64,000 nt of DNA from Lama glama (lineage: Eukaryota), in the NCBI GenBank assembly GCA_028534125.1, contig CM052818.1, positions 18,602,001-18,666,000 on the forward strand. Reading direction: 5' to 3'. The stretch's first letter is position 1, and every line of letters starts with the position of its first letter. A program made the position numbers and the translations under genes. The notes under the pieces were generated by a model. The model saw nothing but the letters and a program-made list of their open reading frames with translations. It had not been told where the DNA came from and did no database searches. Positions 12,892-24,862 of this stretch are shown piece after piece.

Positions 12892-13890
12892 GTCCAGGAA
12901 TAAACAGACACATATGATCACTGATTTTCATTAAAGGTGTACACGCTTCAGACACTCAGTGTGCTCACTGGAGATGGGGTAGTCTTTCCAACAAGTAATG
13001 TTAAATCAACTGGACACCCATACGCAAAAAAAAACCCTAAATCCTAACCTTGCACTACATACAAAAATTAACTCAAAATAGATAACAGTCCTAAATGTAA
13101 ATTCCATAAAAATTTTAGAAGCATGAGATGATCTTCACAACCTTTGTTTAGGTAAAACACATTAAGCAGAAATCAAAAACAAAACCAAGTAAATTAGACT
13201 TCATCAAAATGGCAAACTTCTCTCCAAAAGACAGCAAAGGATGTGAACAAACTACAAATCTTACCAACTACTAGCAGAAGTTTGCATTCCACCAACATTG
13301 CTTGGGAATACAGCCACTTTAGAAATGAATTTGGCAGTTTCTTATGAACATACAGGTATCACATAACCTAGATATCCCACTCCTAAGTACTTACTCAAAA
13401 GAAAATAGAAGTCCACAGTGGAGAACAAAAAAACCCATAAACCCACACATGAATGTTTTTAGGGGCTTTATTCACAAATGCCCAAAATGGAAGAATCCAA
13501 ATGTCCAAATGGTGACTGCATAAACAAATTGTGGTACAATGGGAATACACTAATATGTGCAAAACATGGTTCAACCTCAAATATATCATGCTAAAGTTAT
13601 GTATTGCATGATTCCATTTGTTCAACATTCTGAAAAAGGCAAGCCTATAACAAAAGAAAACAGATCAGTGAGTGACTGCCAGGGACCAGAGGTAAAGGGA
13701 GGGTATTGACTACAAAGAGGCCTGAGGGACCTCTTTGGTGTGATGGAAATGTTCTGTATCTCAACTGTGGTAATGGTTACATAACTGTCAGCATCTTGTC
13801 AAAATTCTTACTGCACATCTAAAAACTGTATACCTAAAAAAAAAAGTGAATTTTTTTGTATTAAAATTCTACCCCCAATAAGTCTGATTT
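12892..13890 (+). mobile_element. Old L1M ORF2 3' part and 3' UTR, continuing from about 12310
   Basis: 'acaaaaattaactcaaaatagat', 'ggaagaatccaaatgtcca' and 'tgatggaaatgttctgtatctcaactgtggt'. Confidence 0.75.
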
Positions 13891-13899
13891 TGTGAAAAG

Positions 13900-15400
13900 C
13901 AAATTATGGTCAGTTTAGTCCTGGGCCTAAATTACATGTTGGAATTGGCTTCTCATTTTAATAGCAACAAGTACTGAAAGCCTTAAACAGCAATATCTTT
14001 TTTTGTTACAAAATGAATCAGAGCTCCCATGGTACTTTACCAGATTAGTATAAGCTTATTAAGGATCATTAAAGATTCCAGGACTCTTGTAAATGAATTC
14101 ACGTAGCACCATCTTATTTTTCTTATATCAATGAGATCCTCTTTATTCTGAGAACAGAGTTAAGATTGCAAATTCAAATTTACTATCAATAACTACAAAA
14201 GAGTTTTGTCATTCTCAGCTTCTTTCTTCAGAAGAACTTCCACCAAGCATCAGAAAGTTAGTATGATTATCTGACTCCTATCTCCTTTTCTAAGGTGGTT
14301 GTTTGACTAAAATAGCCAGGAGTACTGCCCCAACATCCATAATTGATACTGCAGGCCCGTGAATAGAAAGATTTAAGCTTTTCCTATGGCCAAACATCCA
14401 CTACATATTATCAGTGAACTCCTTCAAGTTAAACTGTTATGGAGAGGTTTTCATTCTTTCTCAAAAATAGTAGATCTCTCCCAAGGATCAATCAAGGGCT
14501 TCAAGTACTGTCCTTTGAAAAGCCATTAAAAAAATCTGAAGAAGAATTTAACATTTTCTCCACACTTTTTAACAAAAGTCTTGGAAAAGACCTTCACTCT
14601 AACGTATTTGAGTTTCATGGCAGCCAACAAAACTTCTTTTAGAATTACTGGCTGTGTCTTAGCACTAATGTATGCCAGGTGCTGAAATAGATACAGCAAT
14701 ACTCCCTCTACTGAAGGAGCAAAACCACGTGTTGCCAAGAATCTCAGGAACTCCAATAGTATACAGAGTACCAAATTTTGTTAAGCAAAAAAATTCATTA
14801 TTACGAAGATGTCAGTTTCCAGTTTCCAAAAAGGGTGTCACAACCTAGGAATTTTTTGATTGTGCCAACATGCAAATAAAGATTAAAATCAGATGCTGGC
14901 TGCCCTGAGAAGCACTATTTTTATCCTGCTGAATGTTAAAAGAAAAGTCATTGCTGACTCTTCCATGCTGGCTGAATACAAAGAAATGTCAACAGTTCTA
15001 GTGCAGATGACGTCATCTGACAGAGGCACTGCTTCAGTTTTCTTTCTCTGCTCTAAAACAAAGCTCGTGATTTCCAAGATTCTCAGCTTCACCGAGGTCT
15101 TTTCAATTGCATATGGCTTCTGTGTCTGAGTAGTACAATTAATTAGCAAATGCATAGGACACTTCAAGATAAAGCTTTGTTTGCCAAATCTAGCTTCCAA
15201 TCTTTTCATTTTAAGCTTTCCTCTAATGAAAGGTTTTCCAATGGCTGGTAAGGACTGACAGAACTTTGTACCCAAACATGAGGATAAACAAAAAACAGGA
15301 GAAACCTAAGCTATAACATACCTTCTTTTCACATTGTCAAACCAAACTATGTGAAATTCAGTTGCCTATAATCATAATGGTAGGGCACATGTTCTTCAAT
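13900..15400 (-). mobile_element. Fossil hAT Charlie/Buster DNA transposon with transposase remnants
   Basis: Minus-strand 'KPYAIEKTSVKLRILEITSFVLEQRKKTEAVPLSDDVICTRTVDIS' resembles the Buster motif KPHTIAE...IPLSNDTVSRRI; near 13940-13985 '(GF)SVLVAIKMRSQ' resembles the hATC dimerisation motif; frameshifted. Confidence 0.72.
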
Positions 15401-15798
15401 TCTTAAGAGAAATTTAATCTAGGTATCTACCATAACGTAATGGCAATAATGATTATATATTACCTAATAATGTACAGTAGTATCCCATGCTACTCTACTG
15501 TTATTTGGCACAAAATATATCTCAACATATTTTGACAAATACAAAAAAAAAGTATTTTGTTAAATTGTTTTTTTCTATAAAAAGTAAAAATATCATATAT
15601 CTGGCTTAAAAATCTGATTTAGAGATATTAATTTAGAAGTAGCATATAATGACTCAAAAAATATTCACTCAATTAACCAAATCATGAATTCAAGTAACTA
15701 CTGATATATTTTATCTTTCAGAGGAATGTCAGGACAGATTTGAAAAATATAAACTGTAACTTGAAGTTATATATTCTCTTTTCCCCTCACTCCATTTT

Positions 15799-15884
15799 TC
15801 TTTCATACATTGATTTTGAGCTAGATCATTGGTTCTTTATCTTTCATACATTGATTTTGAGCTAGATCATTGGTTCTTTATCTT
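15799..15884. repeat. Perfect 41-bp direct tandem duplication
   Basis: tctttcatacattgattttgagctagatcattggttcttta at 15799-15839 and 15840-15880. Confidence 0.95.
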
Positions 15885-16074
15885 AATTACAATCACTTCA
15901 GAAAACTCTTGAACACTAATGAATGGACCCCACTCCAAACCAATTAGATCCAAATCCCTTGAAGCAGACCTGAACATTTTTTTATTGCCCCAGTAATTTT
16001 AATATTTAGCCAGAGTTGAGAACTATTGAGCCAAATAAACTAATCACAGATCCTGTTCTTTAAAAGTTTACATT

Positions 16075-16077
<3 letters not shown>

Positions 16078-16130
<53 letters not shown>
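16078..16130. repeat. (GT)n(AT)n compound microsatellite
   Basis: Read directly from the sequence. Confidence 0.97.
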
Positions 16131-16569
16131 GTCTTAAATGTTGGGTATACAAAGATTAATGAAATGTACCTCTCAATGCATACAGGACATTTTAATGTAT
16201 CTTTTAACTACATTATGACAGACACATGCTTAAGGTGCTATGATAACACAGTAGAGATACATCCAACTTAATAATGAAAGAAGAGGGAATAGACAGAATA
16301 GACAGAAATATTAAAGTAAGATTCCTGAAGGAAGTAATAAATGGGTAAGTAGGAATTAACCAGAAAAAAGGATGGTAGGAGAATATCCAGGCACAAAGCA
16401 AAGGAGATAACAATCAAAGAGAGAGGCAGGAAACAACAAAGTTAACATAGATAATTGCCCACAGTTGGTGGTTCCCAATGAAGTAGCAGGTATGAAATGA
16501 AGGAAGAGTAAATCAACTCTGGCAGAGAAAGAACATGGAGATCCTTGCATGCCACATTAAGAACTCCGA

Positions 16570-16880
16570 CCTAAAACAGAGCGCCAGACATTTCTCAGGC
16601 AAAGATAGATTTACTCAGGGTCAGCAGATTTGGGGTGTGCAACCATGGCAAACCACGTACAAGTCCCCTCAAGGAAAGGAGGCTCATAGAGAGAGGAAAA
16701 GGAAGTTGGGAGCGCTACAGTAAACAAAGAGTTCATAGCTTTTCACCAACTAAGTTGTTGCCAGGAAAGAAGAGGGGGTCTTTCTTCTCCTAATTGGGTT
16801 CTGCTGTTGTCACAGGGAATGAGAGCACCCTCTTCAGGTCTACTGACTCTATTTAATTGAAGTTTATGTTTATTTTTTTT
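16570..16880 (-). mobile_element. Possible ERV LTR fragment inserted in L2
   Basis: Interrupts L2-like sequence; LTR-like composition and a minus-strand AATAAA near 16870; family not recognised. Confidence 0.3.
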
Positions 16881-16984
16881 TTTAAAGGAGCTTAAATTTT
16901 ACCCTGCAGGTGATCAGCAGTCAGTGACATGTTAAGCAGGCTACATGTGTGGTAAATCTGTGGTAGCCATGAGGAGCAAAGATC

Positions 16985-17200
16985 ACAACTAACGTGCAAT
17001 GAGCTCTTACCATGTGCTAGGCAGTGTGCTGCTCAGCACTTCATATTGATTATGTCAGTAACTCACAACTATGATCCTATGATACTTACTATTGTCTTAA
17101 TTTTACAAATAAGGAAACAGTAATTTGCCCAAGTCACAGAGTTACTCAGGGATAATAGAGAAGGGATTCAAAATATCTCTGATCCCTGAAGCCTTTAACC
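16985..17200 (-). mobile_element. MIR SINE
   Basis: 'gagctcttaccatgtgctaggcagtgtgct...ttttacaaataaggaaacag...ttgcccaagtcacag'. Confidence 0.7.
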
Positions 17201-17379
17201 TCTAGGGTGGATGGACTGGGAGGAGTGGAGTGAAAAACAGCAGAGACTATAGGTCAATAAAATTAGTTAGAAACTATATTATCCCAAAGGAGAGACAATT
17301 AGGGCAATGGCAGTAGGGATGGAGAAGATGGAACAGATTCCAGAAATACTTAGTTATAAAAGTTCTCAAAAATAGTATG

Positions 17380-17960
17380 ATCCAGTCTTTAAAAGGAATG
17401 AAATTCTTACATGCTACAACATGGATGATCCTTGAAAATATGCTAAGTAAAATGAATCAGAAAAGTACAAATACTGTACGATACCACTTATGAGGTAATT
17501 GGAGTAGTCAAATTCACAGAGACAGAAAGTAGAAGTTACCAGGAGCTGAATGGAAGGGGTAAAGGGGAGTTACTGTTTAATGGGTACAGAATTTCTGTTT
17601 GGGATGATTTTAAAATTCTAGAGATGGATAATGGTGATGAATGCACATCAACATGAAGATACTTAATGCCACTGAAGTGTACACCTAAAAATGGTTAAAA
17701 TGGTAAATTTTATGTTATAAATAGACACTTGAACAATGTGGGTTTGAAATGCACAGGTCCACTTACATGTGGATTTTTATCAATAAAATGTACTATAAGA
17801 TCTGTGGTTGGTTGACCCCATGGATGTAGACCCACAGATATGGAGGGTTGACTTTAAAGTTATACACAGATTTTTGACTGTATGGGGCTTGGTGTCCCTA
17901 AGACCTGCACTGTTCAGGGATACACTGTACATATTTTACCACAATTTAAAAAAAAACTTT
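17380..17960 (+). mobile_element. L1MB-type 3' end, interrupted by a Tigger MITE
   Basis: 'catgctacaacatggatgatccttgaaaa...aaaatggttaaaatggtaaattttatgttata' resumes as 'catattttaccacaatttaaaa' after the insert. Confidence 0.8.
17720..17929. mobile_element. Tigger2-family (Tc1/mariner) MITE
   Basis: Degenerate inverted termini 'agacacttgaacaatgtgggttt' and 'cactgttcagggatacactgta'; inserted at a TA. Confidence 0.7.
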
Positions 17961-18196
17961 TTAAAAACATATGATATAAGGAGAACAAGGAGGGAAAGAG
18001 TCAAAAAGTCATTATAGTCCTTAGCTTGGGAAACCAAGTGGGCAGTGATACCATGCAGTGTCTATGATGAGTAAACAATGACCTATTGTTTCATTTAGGG
18101 AGAGCTGCCTACAAGGGAAACAGACATGAGAATGAAGCTCAAGGGAATAATAGGGTTTGAACTATTCATGAACCAGTCATCAACAAATAGGTCAGA

Positions 18197-21100
18197 GGAG
18201 AGCAGCCAGGATGGCAGAGTGGAAGGACCCTATACTCACCTCCTCTCATGAGCACACCAAGATCACAACTAACTGCAGAACAACCATTGATGAAAAAGAC
18301 TGGAACCTCCAGAGAAGATCTTCTACAACTAGGGACATATATAAGGAACCAGTGAGACAGGTAGGAGAGACAGACTCATAATCAAATCACATATCCTCTA
18401 GGTGGGTGACCCACAAACTAGGAAATAATTATATTACAGAACCAGATGACTTCACAGGTGAATTCTACCAGACATTTAGAGAAGAGTTAACACCAATCCT
18501 TCTGAAACTATTCCAAAAAAATTGCTGAGGAAGGAACACTTCAGAACTCATTCTATGAGGCCACCATTACCCTGATACCAAAACCAGACAAAGATGTCAC
18601 ACAAAAAATTAAGGCCAGTATCACTTATGAATATAGATGCAAAAAACCTCAACAAAATACTAGGAAACCAATTCCAACAATGCATTAAAAGGATCATACA
18701 CCATGATCAAGTTGGATTTACTCCAGAAATGCAAGGATTTTTTCAATATCCACACATCAATCAATGTGAAACACCACATTAACAAACTGAAGAATAAAAA
18801 CCATATGATTATCTCAATAGATGCTGAAAAAGTTTTGATATAATTCAATAGCCATTTATGATAAAAAGTCTTTAGTAAGTGGCCATAGAGAGAACATACC
18901 TCAACACAAAAAAAGCCATATATGACAAACTCACAGCTAAAATCATACTAAATGGTGAAAAGCTGAAAGAATTTCCTCTAAGATCAGGAATAAGACAAGG
19001 ATGCCCACTCTCACCACTTTAATTCAACATAGTTTTGCAAGTCCTAGTCACAGCAATCAGAGAAGAAAAGGAAATAAAAGGAATCCCAATTGGAAAGAAA
19101 GAAGTAAAACTGTCACTGTCTGCAGATGACATGATACTGTACGTAGAAAATCCTAAAGACGCTACCAGAAAACTTCCAGAGTTCATCAGTGAATTCAGTA
19201 AAGTTGCAGGATACAAAAATAATATACAAAAATCTGTAGCATTTCTGTACACTAACAACATAATATAAGAAAGAGAAATGAAGGAAACAATTCCATTTAC
19301 CATCACATCAAAAACAATAAACTACCTAGAAATAAACCTACCTAAGAAGGCAAAAGACCAGTAGTCAGAAAATTATAATGATGAAAGAAACTGAAGATGA
19401 CACAAAAAAATGGAAAGATATACCAGATATACCATGTTTTTGGATTGGAAGAAACAATATTGTTAAAATGACCATACTACCCAAAGCAATGTACAAATTC
19501 AATGCAATCCCTATCAAATTACCAATGACATTTTTCACAGAACTGGAACAAAAAAATTTTAAATTTGTATGGAAACACAGAAGACCCTGAATAGCCAATA
19601 CAATCTTAAGAAAGAAGAACAGAGCTGGAGGAATCACATTCCCTGACTTCAGACTATACTGCAAAGCTAAAGCAATCAAAACAGTATGGTACTGGCACAA
19701 AAACAGATCAATGGAACAGGATAGAAAGTCCAAAAATAATGGAATAGGATAGAAAGTCTAGAAATAAACCCACGGACTTATGACCAACTAAATGTCTATG
19801 ACAAAGAAGGTAAGAATATACAATGGAGAAAAGATATAGTCTCTTTAGTAAGTAGTGCTAGGAAAACTGGACAGCTACATGAAAAGAATGAAATTAGAAC
19901 ATTCTCTAACACCATATACAAAAATAAACTCAAAACAGATTATAAAGACATAAATGTAAGACCAGATACTATAAAACTCCTAGAGAAACACATAGGCAGA
20001 ACACTCTTTGACATAAATCATAGCAACATTTTTTTCAATCCATTTCCTACAGAAATAGAAATAAAGGCAAAAATAAGCAAATGAAACCTAATTAAACTTA
20101 AAAGCTTTTGCATAGCAAAGGAAATCATAAACAAAATGAAGATAACCTACGAAATGGGAGAGAATATTTGCAAACGATGAGACCAACAAGGGATTAATTT
20201 CTGAAATTTCCAAACAGCTCAGAGAGCTCAATATCAAAAAAAAAAAATCAAAAAATGGGCTGAAGACCTAAATAGACACTTTTCTAAAAAGACATGCAGG
20301 TAGCCAAGAAGCACATGAAAAGATGCTCAATACTGCTAATTGTTAGAGAAATGCAAATCAAAACTACAATGAGTGATCACCTCACACTGGTCAGAATGGC
20401 CATCATTAGAAAATCTACAAATAATAAATGCTGGCAAGAGTGTGAAGGAAAAAGAACTCTCCTCCACTGTTGGTGGGAATGTAAATTGGTGCAGCCTCTA
20501 TAGAGAACAGTATGGAGTTTCCTTAAAAAACTAAAAACAGACTTATCCTATGATCCAGCAATCCCACTCCTGGGCATATACCTGGAGAAAACTAATTCTA
20601 AAAGATACATGCACCCCAATCTTCAGAGCAGCACTATTTACAATAGCCAAGACACAGAAGCAACCTAAATGTCCACTGACAGATGAATGGATAAAAATGA
20701 TATGGTAGGTAGGTAGGTAGATAGATAGACAGACAGACAGATACACAGTGGAATATTACTCAGCCATTAAAAGGAATGGAATAATGCCATTTGCAGCAAC
20801 ATGGATGGACCTAGAGATTATCATATTAAGTGAACTCAGAGAAAGACAATTATCATATGATATCATTTATACATAGAATCTAAAAAAAATGATACAAATA
20901 AACTTATTTACAAAACAGAAACAGACTCACAGACAGAAAACAAACTTATGGTTATCAAAGGGGAAAGTGGGGGGGTGGGCAGAAAAATTAGAAATTTGGG
21001 ATTAACATATACACACCACTATATATAAAACAGATAAGCAACAAGGACCTACTGTATAGCACAGGGAACTATGTTCAATATCTTGTAACAACCTATAATG

Positions 21101-21280
21101 GAAAAGAATCTGTAAAAGAATAGAGATATATATGTATAACTGAATCACTCTGCTGTACACCTGAAATTAACACAACATTGTATATTAACTATACTTCAAT
21201 TTTTAAAAAGTGGTTATAAAAAACTAAAAATAAAGAAAACATTTGACAACAATAACAAAAAGCAAACAAACAAAAGAAAC
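18197..21280 (+). mobile_element. Relatively young L1: 5'UTR-like start joined directly to the ORF2 RT region, then 3' UTR and A-tail
   Basis: ORF2 from about 18440 ('PDDFTGEFYQTF', '[11 protein letters not shown]', '[12 protein letters not shown]'); 3' UTR ends 'tatacttcaattttaaaaa'; 5' segment starts with YY1-like 'gccaggatggcag'. Confidence 0.85.
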
Positions 21281-21294
21281 GGGAGGAGCTAGCT

Positions 21295-21675
21295 AGAGCT
21301 TTTTCCAAAGAAGAGATAAAAATGACCACTGGGGACATGACAAGATGTTCAACATCACTAATTATGCAAGAAATGCAAATCAAAACTACAATATGATATC
21401 ACTGCATGTCTGTTGGAATGGCTATTATCAACAAGGCAAGAAATAACAAGTGCTGGTGAGGATGTGGGGTAAAGGGAATCCTTGTGCACTGTTAGAGGCA
21501 ATGTAAATTGGTGCAGCCACTATGAAAAATGGCATGGAGGTTCCTCAAAAAATTAAGAATAGAACTACCATATGATCCAGTCATCCCACTTTTGGCTATT
21601 TATCCAGAGAATATTAAAACACTAATTTGAAGAGATATATGCACTCCTATGGTCCTAACAGTATTATTTACAAGT
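21295..21675 (+). mobile_element. L1 ORF2 C-terminal fragment
   Basis: 'agatgttcaacatcactaatt...gaaatgcaaatcaaaactacaat...gaactaccatatgatccag'. Confidence 0.8.
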
Positions 21676-22192
21676 TTATTATTATATTAAAGATGCCACT
21701 ACCTTGTTTTCTCTGATCCTGGACTTTACAAAAACAAACAAACCAGTTGTATTTAAAACCATGATGATGCATGAGTTAAAAACATGATAATCCACAGAAA
21801 ACATGAAGTAAGGAGAGAAATGTACTAAGGATAGAACCTCAGGAAACAGGAGGGGCAGATAAAGAGGAGCACGTAAAGGAGAAAAGAGAAAGCAGTCAGA
21901 AAGATAATTAGAAGAAAAGGCAGCAGAAATGATAATATATGGGAGTGGGACAATGAAGATGGTGGGGAGGGCAGGCAAGAGATAAAAAGGAGCTAAAGAA
22001 GATACACTACCATACCCATTTCTCTCCTTCTACTCCTACTTTTTGGAGTTCCAATGAAGGCCTGAATTTCAAGTCTTCTATAGCAATGTAAGATTAGAAA
22101 ACCAAATTCCTACACTGAGGAAAAACTTAACATAGTGTGTAATATTCATTTTAAAATAGGAGCACATCAAAAATTGTCAAGAATGTTTTATG

Positions 22193-22375
22193 CAACAAGG
22201 ACTTAATGTATATCACAGGGAACTATACTCAATTTCTTGTAATAACATATAATGGAAAAGAATCTGAAAAGAAAATATATATGTATGTATACGTATAACT
22301 GAATTGCTTTGCTGTATCTGAAACTAATATTGTAAATCAACTATACTTTAATAAAAAATAAAATTCAAAAAAAAG
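22193..22375 (+). mobile_element. Short 5'-truncated L1 3' end
   Basis: Same 3' UTR family as the 10703 and 21040 segments; degenerate TSD aagaatgttttatg / aagagtaagttttcatg. Confidence 0.8.
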
Positions 22376-24272
22376 AGTAAGTTTTCATGTAGGTTTAACA
22401 TTCTTACTGTTTCTTAGAACATAAGATCCCTGGCAGTCTATACAGGAGAAATAAATGAGTAGGGCTAACTGTAATTTGCTTTAAGCAATAAGAATTTCTG
22501 ATAAACTACTTATAAAAAAGCTATTTATAAAATGTTTTGAAAATTATTATCAGCATAAATTTTACCAGATTACTATTTTACGGTATCCTACAGTAAATTA
22601 ATTGAAAAAATATTATAAAATAAATACTTTTGAATGTTTGGATGCTTTTAAATACAGATCTATTTTAAAACCAACCAAGTTATATGAAAAGTTATCCAAT
22701 ATATCACAAGCCCATAAAGCATAACTGCACTAATGTAAAGCTTCTTATGGCGACAGAAGCTATTAAAAACTCTAGATACATTATCTCTGATAATTATAAA
22801 AATTATGAGGTTGGTTTTAAGCCCAGTTTACAGACTATAACTGAATTTCAAAGAGTAACACTACATAGCTTGTTTGTAAGTGGTAAATCTGGAATTTGAA
22901 CCTATTGTGGCTTTAAAGCTTAAACTTTTAACCACTACCCCCTAAACAATCCTTGATTAATCTCCCTTAACTAATCTACTTCCCCATATCAGAATAAAGT
23001 ACAAGGTGACGTCTAGTAAGTAACAGTAGAATAAGTCCTTGAATCATCACACCAAAAATCTTCAAAGTTCATATATAGAGTCCAGGAGAAAAATGCCTCT
23101 AAAAGTTTTCAGTTATGAAAACAAACACTTATTTTAAATTTACAATTAATTTACCTCAAAATCAAATGTTTCATAATTATGAGTTTATCCTACATTTCTT
23201 AAATTTTATATATTATATGAAGAAGATAATGAAAAATACTCAAAAAACATTTTAATCTTAATACATTATACCAAAGCTGAACTAAAAACAGACAGACTTG
23301 CTAAAAGATTCTGAACAGGCTTCATCAAACATCTGAAACATTCTAAAACAGGTCAAATGGTTTCTGACAGACATTTTCTTAGTTCGTTATCCTTCACTGT
23401 ACCCTCTATCTTCCCCTTTCACCTAGAAAGAAGTTAAGGTGACACTTTACCACTTATAGTGTTACAGATTTGTACAGCAGTTCTAAAGGACCACTAAGCC
23501 ATTAGCTAGAGACACAAACCTTTAATTATTTGTCATATGTCACTAAATTGTATAAATGGAGTTAGCGCTACGGCGTATTTCACATTTGTAAAAAGATAAT
23601 GCAAGATTTTTTAATTTTACCATCTAAAATTCTCCATGAATCTTTCTGCAATCACTATGAATTCCTTAGAAATTAATAATTGAAACCAATTTTCAATATG
23701 GAAAGTTAATTAGAAACTATTTTTTAGTGGTTTGAATTCCAAAAGAAATTAAGTTAACTAGTATTTTAGCAAGCAGGGAGAAACAAAGTATCTACTAGTA
23801 AGGTAATTCCTCATGTAGAGAAAACTTTTCATATGGGAATTTAGGAAAATAAGGTAGAGCAAGAAAAAAATACTTTGGACCTGTTTTGTATATTAAGTAT
23901 GACAATGAATTACCTCAAAATATTCATTTAACTACTAGGATGGACTTCTGGATATTTTAAATTTAATCTAAAGATAAAAAACAATTTTCACAGTGTAAGG
24001 GAAAGGTAAACTGCATTACCTTAAAACAAATGCATTTTCTTTAAAGACATACTCTAATTCATTACTTGAAACTAAAAGTTTAGCAATGCTAAGCATGAAT
24101 ACTTTTAAAAACTGATAGTTATATTAAAGAAAACAAAGAAAGAATCTTTTAAAGAAAAAAACAAAACATATACTTCCAAGTAATCTTACAACTTTTTAAA
24201 AAAACAATTCAGGACATCTAATCACTGGCCACTGTTTATTCACTAATACCATTAAGTTGAACATAGAACTAC

Positions 24273-24862
24273 CTTCTCTGAGACAGGTAGACTGCTGGGC
24301 TCCTCTGCATCTCTTGGCTGCTTTACAGAATCACATCCACACATCCTATTTTTGAGAACATGAAGCTGAACATCAGGCATGTGCTGGTGCTGAGTCCCCT
24401 GAGGGCCTGTGGAGAGGGGCTCACCATGCAGATTTTGAGTCATACCAGCAAAAACACTGAGCACTGGCTCCACATGAGAATCTGCCTGAAAGACCTGTGG
24501 AGAAAATACAACACCTGGAAGACCAATATACTGAGAGTTTTTCAGCTGACTCGGTAAAGCTTCAGACATGAGTTTATGCTCATTTCCAGGATGTAAAAGT
24601 ATATCACTGGTAGTGTTTTCTACACGTTTCCTCTCCACTGTGCCAGAATGAAGAACCGTAGGCTGTTGGAGCACAGTTTCCATTCTCTGTGATTTTTCAG
24701 TAGTTGCTTGAAGAGAACATGGGTTCAACTGTGGAATACTGGTCTGTATTACTGAAGGCTGCCCAAGCTGCTGAAATACTTGCTGAATTGGATGCTGAAG
24801 AATATTTGCTCCTCCAGAAGTCTGTGTCACCATAATTGGTACATTGACTTTATAAAGGTGAC
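24273..24862 (-). CDS. GTF2A1L: GTF2A1L exon equivalent to human exon 6 (590 nt)
   Basis: ttttaag|GT CAC CTT TAT...GAG AAG|gtagtt; (G)HLYKVNVPIMVTQTSGGANILQHPIQQVFQQLGQP...PVSEK, open throughout. Confidence 0.97.

Noticed and set aside
15799..15884. CRISPR-like repeat
   Set aside because: Two adjacent units with no spacer, in a mammalian intron.
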